A DNA stretch of 64,000 nt, from contig LBQR01000003.1 of the NCBI GenBank assembly GCA_000990945.1, positions 11,089 to 75,088 of the forward strand. The letters run 5' to 3'. Positions within the stretch are counted from its first letter, which is position 1. Each line of letters begins with the position of its first letter. Below are positions 1-9,857 of this stretch, piece after piece. The notes under the pieces were generated by a model. It ran no database searches and was not told the origin of the DNA. It saw nothing but the letters and a program-made list of their open reading frames with translations. The stretch comes from Candidatus Moranbacteria bacterium GW2011_GWF2_35_54. GTDB taxonomy: Bacteria > Patescibacteriota > Minisyncoccia > Moranbacterales > UBA9337. The translations under genes and the position numbers were made by a program.

Positions 1-954
1 ATCCAAGCTAAAACTATTCCTTTTATTTTGAAAGGGAAAGACGTGATTGGATTGGCTAATACTGGCACTGGAAAAACTGGAGCTTTCTTATTGCCTATGA
101 TTCATAAAATTATGGCCGACCCCAAGCAAAAACTCTTGGTCATGGTGCCTACTCGAGAATTAGCTATTCAAATTCAAGAAGAATTTGTGGCATTTACTCA
201 AGGGCTAAATATTAAATCTGTTGTCGTGGTGGGAGGCGCCAATATTCGACCCCAAATCGAAAAACTCCGCTCCCAACACAGCATCGTAATCGGAACTCCA
301 GGAAGAATTAAAGATTTGATCAATAGAAAAAATCTAAGATTGGAGCATTTCAACAATGTCGTTTTAGACGAAGCCGATAGAATGTTGGACATGGGATTTA
401 TTAATGATATGAAAACTATCCTTTCACTTCTAGCTAAACCTCGCCAGACTTTGCTTTTTTCTGCTACACTTTCCAAGGAGATTGAAGCCTTGGTAGCACA
501 ATTTCAAAGAGATCCTATTACAGTTTCGATTAAAACTAAAGAAATATCATCGCAAATTGATCAGGACATCGTGCGTGTCGGAAGAGATGAAGACAAAATC
601 GAAATTCTAAAAAAACTTTTAGCCCAAACTGCTTTCCAAAAAATTCTTATTTTCACAAGAACAAAGCGAGGGGCTGAGAAATTATCCAAAGCATTGTTCA
701 AAATAGGCTTCAAATCTGAATCCATTCATGGCGACAAATCTCATGGCCAAAGGCAGAAAGCTTTGCAATTATTCAAAAATGACCATATCGAAATTTTAGT
801 CGCCACCGATGTGGCTGCCCGAGGATTAGACATTCCCAATGTAAGTCATGTCATCAACTTTGATGTTCCCGCTAGTTATGAAGATTATATCCACCGCATT
901 GGCCGTACTGGCCGTGCTGGAAAAACCGGTATTGCCTTAACTTTTATTGAATAG
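1..954 (+). CDS. DEAD-box ATP-dependent RNA helicase (5' end cut by window edge)
   Basis: Frame is open from position 1. Motifs: I AxTGTGKT, Ia PTRELA, GTPGRI, II DEAD, III SAT, VI HRIGRTGR. Confidence 0.9.
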   Translation: MQAKTIPFILKGKDVIGLANTGTGKTGAFLLPMIHKIMADPKQKLLVMVPTRELAIQIQEEFVAFTQGLNIKSVVVVGGANIRPQIEKLRSQHSIVIGTPGRIKDLINRKNLRLEHFNNVVLDEADRMLDMGFINDMKTILSLLAKPRQTLLFSATLSKEIEALVAQFQRDPITVSIKTKEISSQIDQDIVRVGRDEDKIEILKKLLAQTAFQKILIFTRTKRGAEKLSKALFKIGFKSESIHGDKSHGQRQKALQLFKNDHIEILVATDVAARGLDIPNVSHVINFDVPASYEDYIHRIGRTGRAGKTGIALTFIE

Positions 955-968
955 GCTCTCCGAAAAAA

Positions 969-1004
969 CCGAGCTGTTGCATTTTGCAACAGCTCGGTTT
1001 TTTA
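969..1004. terminator. Intrinsic terminator between convergent helicase genes (hairpin gagctgttgca/tgcaacagctc + T-run; A-run on the other side)
   Basis: Perfect 11-bp stem seen in sequence followed by tttttt. An upstream A-run suggests bidirectional use. Confidence 0.7.
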
Positions 1005-1039
1005 ATATATTTAACTAAGGATATTACTTTTAAAATATT

Positions 1040-2782
1040 TTATTCTTTCCAAAATAACATCGCTAATTTTATTTCTTCATAAGAAATCTTTTCATTCAAA
1101 CCCTCAAATATCGGCCTTAATCTAATCTGTCCATCCTGGGAAAAATCATCCGGATTTTTTTTATTTTTAATCTCTTTGGCTTTTCCCAAAACTAAACATA
1201 AAATTTCTGCTTTGGGTTTCAAGTGCTCAATATCCAATTCTGGAAGAAGTTTTTTTATTTCTTGCAAGTGGCTCAAGATAGTGCTCTCAGCCAATCCTCT
1301 TTCTTTAGCAATTTGCGCGATGGTTTTTTTATCCCGCAACATTTTTTTGGTGATTTCAATAGTGCCACCTCGGGGTTGCTCGGATTTGAAAGATTTTTTT
1401 TCATCTTTCGCCATTTTCTTGATTCCTTTTTTATTTTCTTCGATTTCTCTTTCTTCAATTGTTCCACCACATTTAACAATAAAATTCTGATGTGTTTCAA
1501 TCAATTCTTTTTCATTTAAATTTCTAAACTCTATTGAATTTAACCGAGAAATTTCTTTCATTTCGCAGTCAATTTCCAAGACTAACTCATCAACTTTAAG
1601 AGCAATGTCATTTAACCCCATTAATCTCAAGCCTTGAATTGATTTGATTCGCGATAATGCCACGTACCCCTGTCCAATTTCAAAAGTTTTACTTAAATCA
1701 ATCTCCGCCGCGTCCAAAGTCATCCCTTGAGATTTGTGGATAGTGAGAGCCCAGGCTAATCTTAAAGGAGTTTGCCTTACTCTCGCTTTAATATCACCTT
1801 TGTCATCCTCCAGCAACCATTCGTCTTTTTCCGCTACAATCTTCCTGCCCGAGAAAATTTCCACGATTGGATGATTGCCGACTTCAGTAAAGGACACTAC
1901 TTTACCCAACGTTCCATTAATATATCCTTTTTCGTAATTATTTTTAATAAAAATAACTATCGCTTCTTTTTTGAGCTTTACTTCTTCAGCTACTAAAGAG
2001 CTCTTAAATATTTTTTCTATATTTTTTTTCGATCCTTTGGTGGTGGCAGAGAAAGTGATTGATTTGCCAGACAGATTTTCAAGTTCAATCTCGTTTATTT
2101 TATCCACGTCCGCATTATGTGTATAAAGTTTTGTTGGATTAAAATTATTGGCTAATTTTTTCTTATACCTAGAACGAAAGACATCCATCGAATCTTCACT
2201 TACTTCCCCCGAACGAATTTCTTCCAGAATATTTATCAACACTTCATCGTCTTGTCTAAATTTTTCTTCGAGATAACAAATTTTTAATCCCATGTTTTGC
2301 CAAAGATTGGTCTGCCAAACGAATTTTATTTCTTTCCTTTCTTTGGAAATAGGCGGCAATTGAAAGAAATCTCCTGACAAAATCACTTGCACGCCCCCAA
2401 ATGGTTCATTTGATTTCTTGAAAGCTCTTAAAATTCTATCCATCGAAGAAAACAATTCTGGAGAAACCATGGAAATTTCATCCACAATCAATACTTTTAA
2501 ATCCCTCAATCGTCCGCCCAAAAATCTTTGCCTTGTCAGCCAGTTGATATAGCCATCGTCAATGTATTCTTTGATTCCAATACTGAAAAAAGAATGGATT
2601 GTTTTTCCTCCAATATGCGAAGCGGCAATCCCCGTTGGCGCCACAATAGCGGGCTCAATTCTCCTTTCCTTCAAATATTTTATATATTTATTAATCACAA
2701 AAGTTTTGCCCGTTCCCGCTGAACCAGTTAAAAAAACATTTTCTCCCGAACATAAAATTTTTAGAGCGACATCTTGTTTCAT
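1040..2782 (-). CDS. Pif1/RecD-family ATP-dependent DNA helicase with C-terminal HTH
   Basis: Walker A GSAGTGKT, Walker B LIVDEISM, and the helicase C-terminal motifs ALTIHKSQG and GQGYVALSR. An HTH-like tail (KKTIAQIAKERGLAESTILSHL) follows. Confidence 0.8.
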   Translation of the reverse strand: MKQDVALKILCSGENVFLTGSAGTGKTFVINKYIKYLKERRIEPAIVAPTGIAASHIGGKTIHSFFSIGIKEYIDDGYINWLTRQRFLGGRLRDLKVLIVDEISMVSPELFSSMDRILRAFKKSNEPFGGVQVILSGDFFQLPPISKERKEIKFVWQTNLWQNMGLKICYLEEKFRQDDEVLINILEEIRSGEVSEDSMDVFRSRYKKKLANNFNPTKLYTHNADVDKINEIELENLSGKSITFSATTKGSKKNIEKIFKSSLVAEEVKLKKEAIVIFIKNNYEKGYINGTLGKVVSFTEVGNHPIVEIFSGRKIVAEKDEWLLEDDKGDIKARVRQTPLRLAWALTIHKSQGMTLDAAEIDLSKTFEIGQGYVALSRIKSIQGLRLMGLNDIALKVDELVLEIDCEMKEISRLNSIEFRNLNEKELIETHQNFIVKCGGTIEEREIEENKKGIKKMAKDEKKSFKSEQPRGGTIEITKKMLRDKKTIAQIAKERGLAESTILSHLQEIKKLLPELDIEHLKPKAEILCLVLGKAKEIKNKKNPDDFSQDGQIRLRPIFEGLNEKISYEEIKLAMLFWKE

Positions 2783-2876
2783 TTTTTTATTTACCCCCCC
2801 ATTAAATGATATAGATTACTATAATTTAACGGGGTAAACCTTTAAATTGCAGTATTCTGCACTATTTAACTGGGTT
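2783..2876 (-). promoter_or_regulatory. Conserved structured 5' leader (copy A) abutting the Pif1 start codon, preceded by a -10-like TATAAT (2880-2885, minus strand)
   Basis: ~90% identical in its conserved blocks to 41823-41915. Contains three ATTTAAC[G/T]GGGG-type units able to pair and sequester the GGGGGG Shine-Dalgarno. Confidence 0.5.
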
Positions 2877-3073
2877 AAAATTATAAACCACAACCTGAGC
2901 TCAGTATAACATGAAAAGCACTATTTTTTTATTAGTGCTAAGAATTATTTAGAATAATGAATGACTGTCTATTTTTTGTCCTAATTTTAAAAAAATCAAA
3001 AAAAATGCCCACATCAGCAAAAAATATGTTTCTAAAATTGTTCTCTTTATTCCTGTTCAGTTAATATTTGACT

Positions 3074-3613
3074 TTACTTAGAAGAATCCTCATCTCCATC
3101 CAACAAATCTTTACTTTCATCAGAAGAAGAATTATTTTCTTGAGATTTTTCTGTGGTATTTTGATTCTCAGAAGTTAAATTTTCACCGCTAACACCTTCA
3201 CTTTCCTGACTAAGTAATGGGGCCACTTCAATAATTTTTTTATTTGAAAGTCGGAATAGGATAGCTTGTCTAGCCTCAGCATAAATCAAGACCTTATCTC
3301 CATTTTCCGCTTTACGAAAAAAATCTTGATCCTTTAATTTTTCTTTATCTTGAACAGTAGCTAATGATGGAGTCCCCTCGGGCAATTCCATTAATTTTCC
3401 CAATTCAGAAATGACAAACTGAGTTTCTTCCTGAGAAACAACCTGGGGGTTATCTTTGATTTTTTTATATTGTTTAAAATAATAAGCTGATGTTCCAGCG
3501 AGACCCGCAATAATCAAAAAAATTAATATTTTAAAGATGTATTTCCTTTTATTTTTTGGTGCCGTGATATTCGTTACCACCTCAGAAGCCGTTTCTGATT
3601 TAATTCTTGCCAT
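3074..3613 (-). CDS. Hypothetical membrane-anchored protein (N-terminal TM, acidic Ser-rich C-terminus)
   Basis: ORF with a single predicted N-terminal hydrophobic helix. No recognisable domain. Confidence 0.5.
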   Translation of the reverse strand: MARIKSETASEVVTNITAPKNKRKYIFKILIFLIIAGLAGTSAYYFKQYKKIKDNPQVVSQEETQFVISELGKLMELPEGTPSLATVQDKEKLKDQDFFRKAENGDKVLIYAEARQAILFRLSNKKIIEVAPLLSQESEGVSGENLTSENQNTTEKSQENNSSSDESKDLLDGDEDSSK

Positions 3614-3659
3614 AATACTTTTATAAATTAAAAATTATTTTTAAATTTTATAGTCTAGA

Positions 3660-6600
3660 TTAACTTTCTTCCTCAACCGGCTCAGTTGCCGGCGCCTCCA
3701 ATTGTTCACTGACTGATTCTTCATCGGAAATAATAATAGGAGTTTCTTCGACGATTGTCTCCGACTCCGAGATAATTTCCGGGGTTATTGCAGGTGTTTC
3801 CAATGCAGTCTCTGAAGGAGTTTGACTGTTTTCTTCCTCTGCTAACCCGTTATCACTTTCCGTCGTTTTGACGTCTCTTACCGCCACCGCCGTCCAAGCA
3901 AATTTAATATCCTTGTCTTTCTCCGGATCAATTTCAATGACAAAACCTCTCGTCGATTCATCAGTTACGCGATACCAATCCAAATTGATACCAGTTCTAA
4001 GAGTAGTTGTGATAATCGGCGTAACAACATATTCTTTTTCAAATCTCACTTCAACTTTCGTTTCGCCTGATTTAATTATAGCATACCCGGCGCTGTCTTC
4101 ATCAAACATAACCTTTCCGGAAAATTCGACGTCTTTCTTGAATGACGCGAGACCCTGAAACTCCACGTCTCCCTTAAACAATACCGCGCCGCTCACGGAC
4201 AATTCTTTGAGTTTTGCCAAGCTCAACACTTCCAAATTTTTCACTTTGAAAGATGAAGACAGGTCAGCCATTTGCGAATCGAGATTTGCTATCTCATTTG
4301 TTAAATTAGCGATAGTTTCTCCAAATTTTACCAGTTGCGCATCAGCATCACTTAACTGCGTCGTCACGAATTCCAATCCTTCAATTCGGTTAGCTTTGAT
4401 CGAATCTGCCACTATTATGCCTTTGAAAACCGTTTTGCCGTCTTCGGAAGAAACAATATTTTTGGTGCGCAGATCCAACGTGGTGATTTGGTCCACATTA
4501 TCCAGAATTTGCGACTGTTGTTCTTGAATCGCTTTGACTAAATACGGAGCAAACTTGTCATAACTAATTCCATAACAATCATTGGCCGTTTCTGATCCAG
4601 GAATGCAGTTATCGGGATTTTTTGGAGTCACGACTACATCGCCAAGTCCTGCCGTTTCAACTTCTTGAGCAATAAAACCGATTTGTCGTTTTTTATCTTC
4701 TCCAGACTTCCAATAGAAAGACACAGGATTGAGGTTTAAAATCTTTTCTAATATTGAAGAATCCAAAGAAACAACATCTTTTTTCAATCTAGAATCTGAA
4801 GCTGATGTCCAAGACGTAGCACCTGGATCATTCAGATATACGCCTCCTGAACCGCCGTTTCTTAATAAAAAGTCTGTATTTGCTATGGCATACCACATTC
4901 TTCCATAATCGCTACCAGTGCCAAGTACAATTGGTTGATTATCATCCATTTTTAAACTACCGCCCCTTACTTGAAGAGCACTACCCGAAGCAATACTATT
5001 TGTGCCGATGCCGACGCGATCATTAACCGCATCTACATAGAGCGTATCACTGTCGAAATTCATATTACCTGTACCGGAATTGAAGACTAATCCAGTTGCG
5101 CCAGTTGTGTTACCAATAGTGATAGTTTTGGCCGTTGCATCAGTTCCAAGATTAATAGCGCCTGCTCCAGTGTTTAATGCAAAAGCTCCATTAGCGGTAG
5201 TAAAAGTTGACCCGCCAGTACCAGTATTAAAATTAAGGGCTGTTGCACCAGTGACATTTCCAATTGTTATAGTTTTTGCGGAAGATCCCGTACCTAAATT
5301 TATCGCCCCAGTTCCCGATGAGCCGATATTTATAGCACCACTGCCAGAACTAAGAGTAATGATTCCTGAACCGTTAGCAGTCAATGAAAGCGCGCCACTG
5401 GAGGCTGTGGTCATAGAAAGTGCCCCAAGAGAATCAATCGTGCTTCCCGAGGCAAAAGTCAAAGCATTAGTGGGGGCATCAGTCCCGATTCCTAATCTGT
5501 TACTCGCTGCGCTCCAGTATAGAGTGCCTAGATCTTCAGATACCACTCCGGAAGCACCCGCGAACAATAATGACCCTTGAGTCAAATCTGTCAAAGTCAA
5601 AGTCTTGCCAGTAGCGACGGTCGCATTGCCATTAAGTGAAATTGCGCCAGAGCCGGTGGAAAAAGTGCCGACCCCTGATTGGGCAAAATTTCCGGAAGTT
5701 TGGGCATATCCGGTGATTGCCGCAAGAGCTCCGGAACTTATAACTAATCCATTGACCGTGTTGGTTGAAGTTGGCGCAATGATTGCATTTCCAAAGGTCT
5801 GGGTTCCGCTCCAAGTGTTGGCGTTCGCCAAATTGAAAGCAAGTCCATTTACTCCAAGTGATAACGTGTTGCCATCTAAAAGTATGCCTAATGTTCCACC
5901 TTCAGTGCCGGTCAAAGTTAACCCTCCACTGCTTGTCGCGCCATTTATATAATTTCCTGTAGTATCTGCTCCTAATGCCACTGCGTCATCAGCTATTGTC
6001 AAGACTCCGGTGTTGCCCAAGGTTGCATCGCCGCTAACAATTGCGGCCACAGCTGTGTTTGTTCCGTCTCCGACAAAAATACTTCCCGAAGCAAGTGTCG
6101 TGGTCAACGCCGAAGACCAAGTTAATCCATCTGATGTGCCATTGACGACCAACATTTTTCCAGTGTTTCCCAGATAAGCCGGCACGTCCAAATCCGTTAT
6201 ACTATCCGATGAATCCAATTTTTCACTATCAAGTTCATTTATTGCATTCTGAACATTTGTGGCAACAATATTTCCCCCCGCTGTGTTAGTGATTTGACTT
6301 GCATTATAATCACCACTATTAGTAGTTACTGCACCCGTCCTTCCAAAAACTGACGCCACTGTTATTGAGTTGGTTAATTTTTCCCAAGAGGTACCATTAC
6401 ATATCGTCCAATCTCCAACAGCGTGACCGCTTCCAACAGTAGTAGCAACATAATAGTGACCTTTGATTCCAATTGCACAAGTGTCCGGAGTGGCACCAGA
6501 GGCATCCCATGTTCCCTGATAAATAAGCGATCCAGTAATTCCCGAGAGAAAATCGTTTCGGCTAATTTTACGTATACCTGAAGAAGAAGTATCATATAAA

Positions 6601-8039
6601 GCAAGATAATCGTCATTTGCAACAGCTGAAATCCCAGTAAGTCCATCTATATCCAAAGCTAAAGTTATATTAGCAGTTTCACTACCACTACCGGTAACCG
6701 TCAGTCCGCCACCGTTTGTAATTGTTGCAATGTAATTTCCAGCCGTGTCATTTCCCAAGGCTACCGCGTTAGCTGAAATGGCCAAGGCTCCGGTATTAGA
6801 CAGCGTAGCATCTCCAAACATTGTTATACCTGTAGCCACTCCCGAAGCATTGCCAATAAAAATTTTCCCATCAGCTAAGGCTGAATTTAATGTATTGATC
6901 CATTCAACACCATTTTCTGAACTGTTTACTGTTAAAGTTTTATTTGAGTTCCCACCGTAAGAAGGTATTCCTACATCCGTCAACACGGCACCAGTTTTAT
7001 TAAGTTTCGTCCACGCAATTGCCGCAGTTGTTGAAATATCAGCATTGGCAAGAGATCCGTCGGTAATTTCAGTTGAGCCAATAGCATTAACTTTTAATCC
7101 ACTTGCGCTCACCGCTAAAGTTGAACCATTTAGTAAAACGGAAAATTCATTTCCAGAAAGATTAAGACCATTGCCAGCGACATATACTGTTGTTCCCCCC
7201 ATATCATTTCCGCATTCCCAACTGCCAGAAGTCGTATTATATTTTGGAATTTGATTATCGATACAAGAATTCGACGCCCAATCAGAAAATGCGATTGTTC
7301 CGTCAGTAATTTCCGCCGAATCAATAGAGGATCCAAATATAGAACTAGCATCCGCTCCGTCTTCTCCATCTGTACCATCTTCTCCATCCTCTCCATCTTT
7401 GCCATCAGAACCAACTGATCCTTGCGAACCCTGGATACCTTGCGAACCGCGCTCACCTTGGGTACCTGCCTGCCCAGTCGCACCTTGTGCACCGCCAGAT
7501 CCAGTTATCCCAGCAGTACCAGCTTGTCCGTCTACTCCGTTAGCTCCTGACTGCCCAGCTAAACCTATCGAACCTATTATCCCTTGCTCGCCACCAATAC
7601 CCTGTGCGCCAGTTATTCCAGATTGTCCTTGCTGGCCCGCTAATCCATTTTGACCATCAACACCAACTGACCCAGCCCCTCCTGCCTGACCCTGCTGTCC
7701 ATCTGCGCCACCTTGCCCTTGCTGACCATTTTCTCCTAGAAAGTTTTTTTCCGCCACTACAACAATTTCTCCTTCTCCCCTAATAAACTCTAGGGCTCGT
7801 TTTTCTATTTCGCCATTCGCCTGCCCGTCAGAAGAAGTGTGTTGTCCAACTTCCTGACGAATACATTTATCACTCCACCAGGAACTGATAGAGCACCAAA
7901 AACTTCTTGAGAGAGATTGGTTTCCCTCTCCTGCTGCGCTAACGCCCGTTGAAGAAAGTACCAAAATTCCCAAACAGATAAAAAACATACCTACCCATTT
8001 ACCTGCGTATTTCTTTGCACTAAATATTTTGTTTTTCAT
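3660..8039 (-). CDS. Secreted fibre protein: signal peptide, collagen-like G-X-Y repeats, repetitive beta-rich fibre region, phage tail-fibre Peptidase_S74 intramolecular chaperone domain, coiled-coil/acidic tail
   Basis: N-terminal signal MKNKIFSAKKYAGKWVGMFFICLGILVLSSTGVSA. About 130 aa of GxQGxxG repeats (DNA ~7340-7735). S74 hallmark SDSRLKKD...LNPVSFYWK...IGFIAQEVE (DNA ~4480-4800). Confidence 0.8.
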   Translation of the reverse strand: MKNKIFSAKKYAGKWVGMFFICLGILVLSSTGVSAAGEGNQSLSRSFWCSISSWWSDKCIRQEVGQHTSSDGQANGEIEKRALEFIRGEGEIVVVAEKNFLGENGQQGQGGADGQQGQAGGAGSVGVDGQNGLAGQQGQSGITGAQGIGGEQGIIGSIGLAGQSGANGVDGQAGTAGITGSGGAQGATGQAGTQGERGSQGIQGSQGSVGSDGKDGEDGEDGTDGEDGADASSIFGSSIDSAEITDGTIAFSDWASNSCIDNQIPKYNTTSGSWECGNDMGGTTVYVAGNGLNLSGNEFSVLLNGSTLAVSASGLKVNAIGSTEITDGSLANADISTTAAIAWTKLNKTGAVLTDVGIPSYGGNSNKTLTVNSSENGVEWINTLNSALADGKIFIGNASGVATGITMFGDATLSNTGALAISANAVALGNDTAGNYIATITNGGGLTVTGSGSETANITLALDIDGLTGISAVANDDYLALYDTSSSGIRKISRNDFLSGITGSLIYQGTWDASGATPDTCAIGIKGHYYVATTVGSGHAVGDWTICNGTSWEKLTNSITVASVFGRTGAVTTNSGDYNASQITNTAGGNIVATNVQNAINELDSEKLDSSDSITDLDVPAYLGNTGKMLVVNGTSDGLTWSSALTTTLASGSIFVGDGTNTAVAAIVSGDATLGNTGVLTIADDAVALGADTTGNYINGATSSGGLTLTGTEGGTLGILLDGNTLSLGVNGLAFNLANANTWSGTQTFGNAIIAPTSTNTVNGLVISSGALAAITGYAQTSGNFAQSGVGTFSTGSGAISLNGNATVATGKTLTLTDLTQGSLLFAGASGVVSEDLGTLYWSAASNRLGIGTDAPTNALTFASGSTIDSLGALSMTTASSGALSLTANGSGIITLSSGSGAINIGSSGTGAINLGTGSSAKTITIGNVTGATALNFNTGTGGSTFTTANGAFALNTGAGAINLGTDATAKTITIGNTTGATGLVFNSGTGNMNFDSDTLYVDAVNDRVGIGTNSIASGSALQVRGGSLKMDDNQPIVLGTGSDYGRMWYAIANTDFLLRNGGSGGVYLNDPGATSWTSASDSRLKKDVVSLDSSILEKILNLNPVSFYWKSGEDKKRQIGFIAQEVETAGLGDVVVTPKNPDNCIPGSETANDCYGISYDKFAPYLVKAIQEQQSQILDNVDQITTLDLRTKNIVSSEDGKTVFKGIIVADSIKANRIEGLEFVTTQLSDADAQLVKFGETIANLTNEIANLDSQMADLSSSFKVKNLEVLSLAKLKELSVSGAVLFKGDVEFQGLASFKKDVEFSGKVMFDEDSAGYAIIKSGETKVEVRFEKEYVVTPIITTTLRTGINLDWYRVTDESTRGFVIEIDPEKDKDIKFAWTAVAVRDVKTTESDNGLAEEENSQTPSETALETPAITPEIISESETIVEETPIIISDEESVSEQLEAPATEPVEEES

Positions 8040-8063
8040 TTTTTTATTAATATTTGAAATGAT

Positions 8064-8441
8064 TTAATCTTTCTTAACGTTAATCAGCATTCCAGTTTCT
8101 GGACGATAGAGCGCTGTTAAATATTCATTTGTTTCTTGGTTTTCGAAATAATAAACCCTGTCATTTTCTTCGGCCGATACAAAAAAATCTTTATTGGCTT
8201 TTATATCGCTGACATCCTTGATATCCACGATGGCATAAGGCAAATTTTCGACATTATAATTCTTCGATTTCAAAAGTGTTACCACATTTTCCTTGTCTGT
8301 TTCAATTTGATTTTTCACAGCAGACGCCTTACTCAGATAAAAAAGATAATTAAAAAAAATAAGGCCGATCAAAAAGATCGCACCAACTAATATTTTTTTC
8401 TTGACAATACTTGCTGAAGTTTTTTCAGATTCTTCATTCAT
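8064..8441 (-). CDS. Hypothetical small membrane-anchored protein
   Basis: 125-aa ORF with an N-terminal TM helix (ILVGAIFLIGLIFFNYLFYL). Confidence 0.5.
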   Translation of the reverse strand: MNEESEKTSASIVKKKILVGAIFLIGLIFFNYLFYLSKASAVKNQIETDKENVVTLLKSKNYNVENLPYAIVDIKDVSDIKANKDFFVSAEENDRVYYFENQETNEYLTALYRPETGMLINVKKD

Positions 8442-8664
8442 ATTTTTTTTATTTTTGTATTATTTTTAGAAGTTAGTCTAAGCTGTTTAATTATATTATC
8501 ATATTTATTTTATATTTTGTCAAATATAGGGTTATGCTAGCAATAAGTTTTCGGGATTAAAAAATAAAGAATACCCCTCTGGATATTTTCGCAATTAAAT
8601 CTCTACATTTTTAACTAAATTGTTTCACATCACTTCGTCATATTTCATAGGGTAAGCTTATTTT

Positions 8665-9651
8665 TTACAAATATTTTTCAATGTTTAATTTATGCTCTTC
8701 ATAAGTTTTGGCGCAATGGATTTGTCTGTTTCCGTCATGCAAATAAAACAAACATTCGGTTTCTTCAGGATGCAAAACTGCCTGAATCGCGTCTAAACCT
8801 GGATTAGCGATGGGGTGTGGTGGTAAGCCTTTATATTTATAAGTGTTATAAGGCGAATCAATATTAATTATGTCCTCTGATTTTATCGGCGCCCACCAGC
8901 CGTTTTCGGCTTTTCCTCGGGCATACTGAATTGTAGCATCGATTTCCAAATTCATTCCTTGGTTTAGACGGTTCCACATAATTCCTGCAATCAAAGGCAT
9001 GTCCGATTTACCGCCTGCTTCTCTTTGAATAATTGAAGCTAATTTTAACCCAGTAGTCCACAGAATATTTTGATTAGCAAATTGTCCGATATAAGGAGCA
9101 AACTGCTCATCAAAACGCCGAGTCATCCTCTTGGCAATATCCAATCCACTTTCATTTACTGGGATAAGATAAGTATCAGGAAAATATGTCCCTTCCAGAT
9201 AATCCGCATTCATTTTGGTGTAAACTGTATTCCATTTTTCTAATTCTTCGTTATTCCAGCCTAAAGTTTCCGCTAAAATTTCGCCAATTTGCTCTTTCCG
9301 ATAACCCTCGGGAATAGTCACCCATTTCATGTCAGTAGCAGAGTAAATTTTTCGCGCCACTTTCCAAACATTCATATTTTTAGATATTCGATATCCGCCC
9401 GCCTCTACTTCCTTGTCTTTACTCTTAACATCTAAAATAAACTTAAAAACTTTTTTATTTCGGATAAATCCCTGACTTTTTAATTTATCCAACGTCTGCT
9501 CTTTTGTCTGTCTTTTATTCACGATAAACACATCCTCCGTCACATCTCTTTGCGGCGCACTAAAAAATAAATACCAAGCTACTCCCAAACTCGCCGCTAT
9601 AAAAATAATAAATATTCCAATAGCTATAATGATTTTATTCTTTCTGGTCAT
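8665..9651 (-). CDS. mltG: Endolytic murein transglycosylase MltG (YceG-like)
   Basis: N-terminal TM plus YceG-family C-terminal motifs (GLPPHPIANPG...AIQAVLHP...LFYLHDG). Start placed at MTRKNK because the upstream extension is encoded by repeat R1. Confidence 0.75.
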   Translation of the reverse strand: MTRKNKIIIAIGIFIIFIAASLGVAWYLFFSAPQRDVTEDVFIVNKRQTKEQTLDKLKSQGFIRNKKVFKFILDVKSKDKEVEAGGYRISKNMNVWKVARKIYSATDMKWVTIPEGYRKEQIGEILAETLGWNNEELEKWNTVYTKMNADYLEGTYFPDTYLIPVNESGLDIAKRMTRRFDEQFAPYIGQFANQNILWTTGLKLASIIQREAGGKSDMPLIAGIMWNRLNQGMNLEIDATIQYARGKAENGWWAPIKSEDIINIDSPYNTYKYKGLPPHPIANPGLDAIQAVLHPEETECLFYLHDGNRQIHCAKTYEEHKLNIEKYL

Positions 9652-9678
9652 ATCTTTTATACAAAAAATTAAGTATTT

Positions 9679-9726
9679 CCCCTCTCCCCCTCTCTGAGGG
9701 GGAGATGCCGATAGGCAGAGGGGGTG
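9679..9726. repeat. GC-rich hairpin repeat, family R copy 1 (cccctctccccctc...gagggggagatgccga.aggcagagggggtg)
   Basis: One of 7 near-identical ~50-bp elements in the window. Nested stems ccccctc/gagggggag and cccctct/agagggg. Confidence 0.85.
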
Positions 9727-9857
9727 CATAAAAACATCTTTAAAATAATTTAAAAACTACTAATCAAATATATCTCAATTCTAACACTCTACGCCCCCAA
9801 AATCCAGAAAAAAATAATGTAACTATTCAGCCTTCTCCAAAACCAATCTTTCCTGCC

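Noticed and set aside
5080-7653. Plus-strand ORFs of 84-166 aa (5080-5580, 5605-5952, 7399-7653 etc.) rich in P/A/V
   Set aside because: They are antisense translations of the repetitive collagen-like/fibre gene on the minus strand. The opposite strand of G-X-Y codon repeats naturally gives open P/A-rich frames.
1040-9729. Prophage hypothesis (Pif1 helicase + tail-fibre-like S74 protein + small TM holin-like proteins + cell-wall enzyme)
   Set aside because: No integrase, terminase, portal, capsid or tail-tube genes. The fibre protein has a Sec signal peptide, and flanking genes are housekeeping. Possibly an ancient domesticated module, not an intact prophage.
8665-9729. Full-length 354-aa MltG ORF starting at 9729
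   Set aside because: The first 26 codons are the translation of repeat R1 (PPQRGGEGK). The conserved protein, with its N-terminal TM, begins at the internal ATG at 9651.
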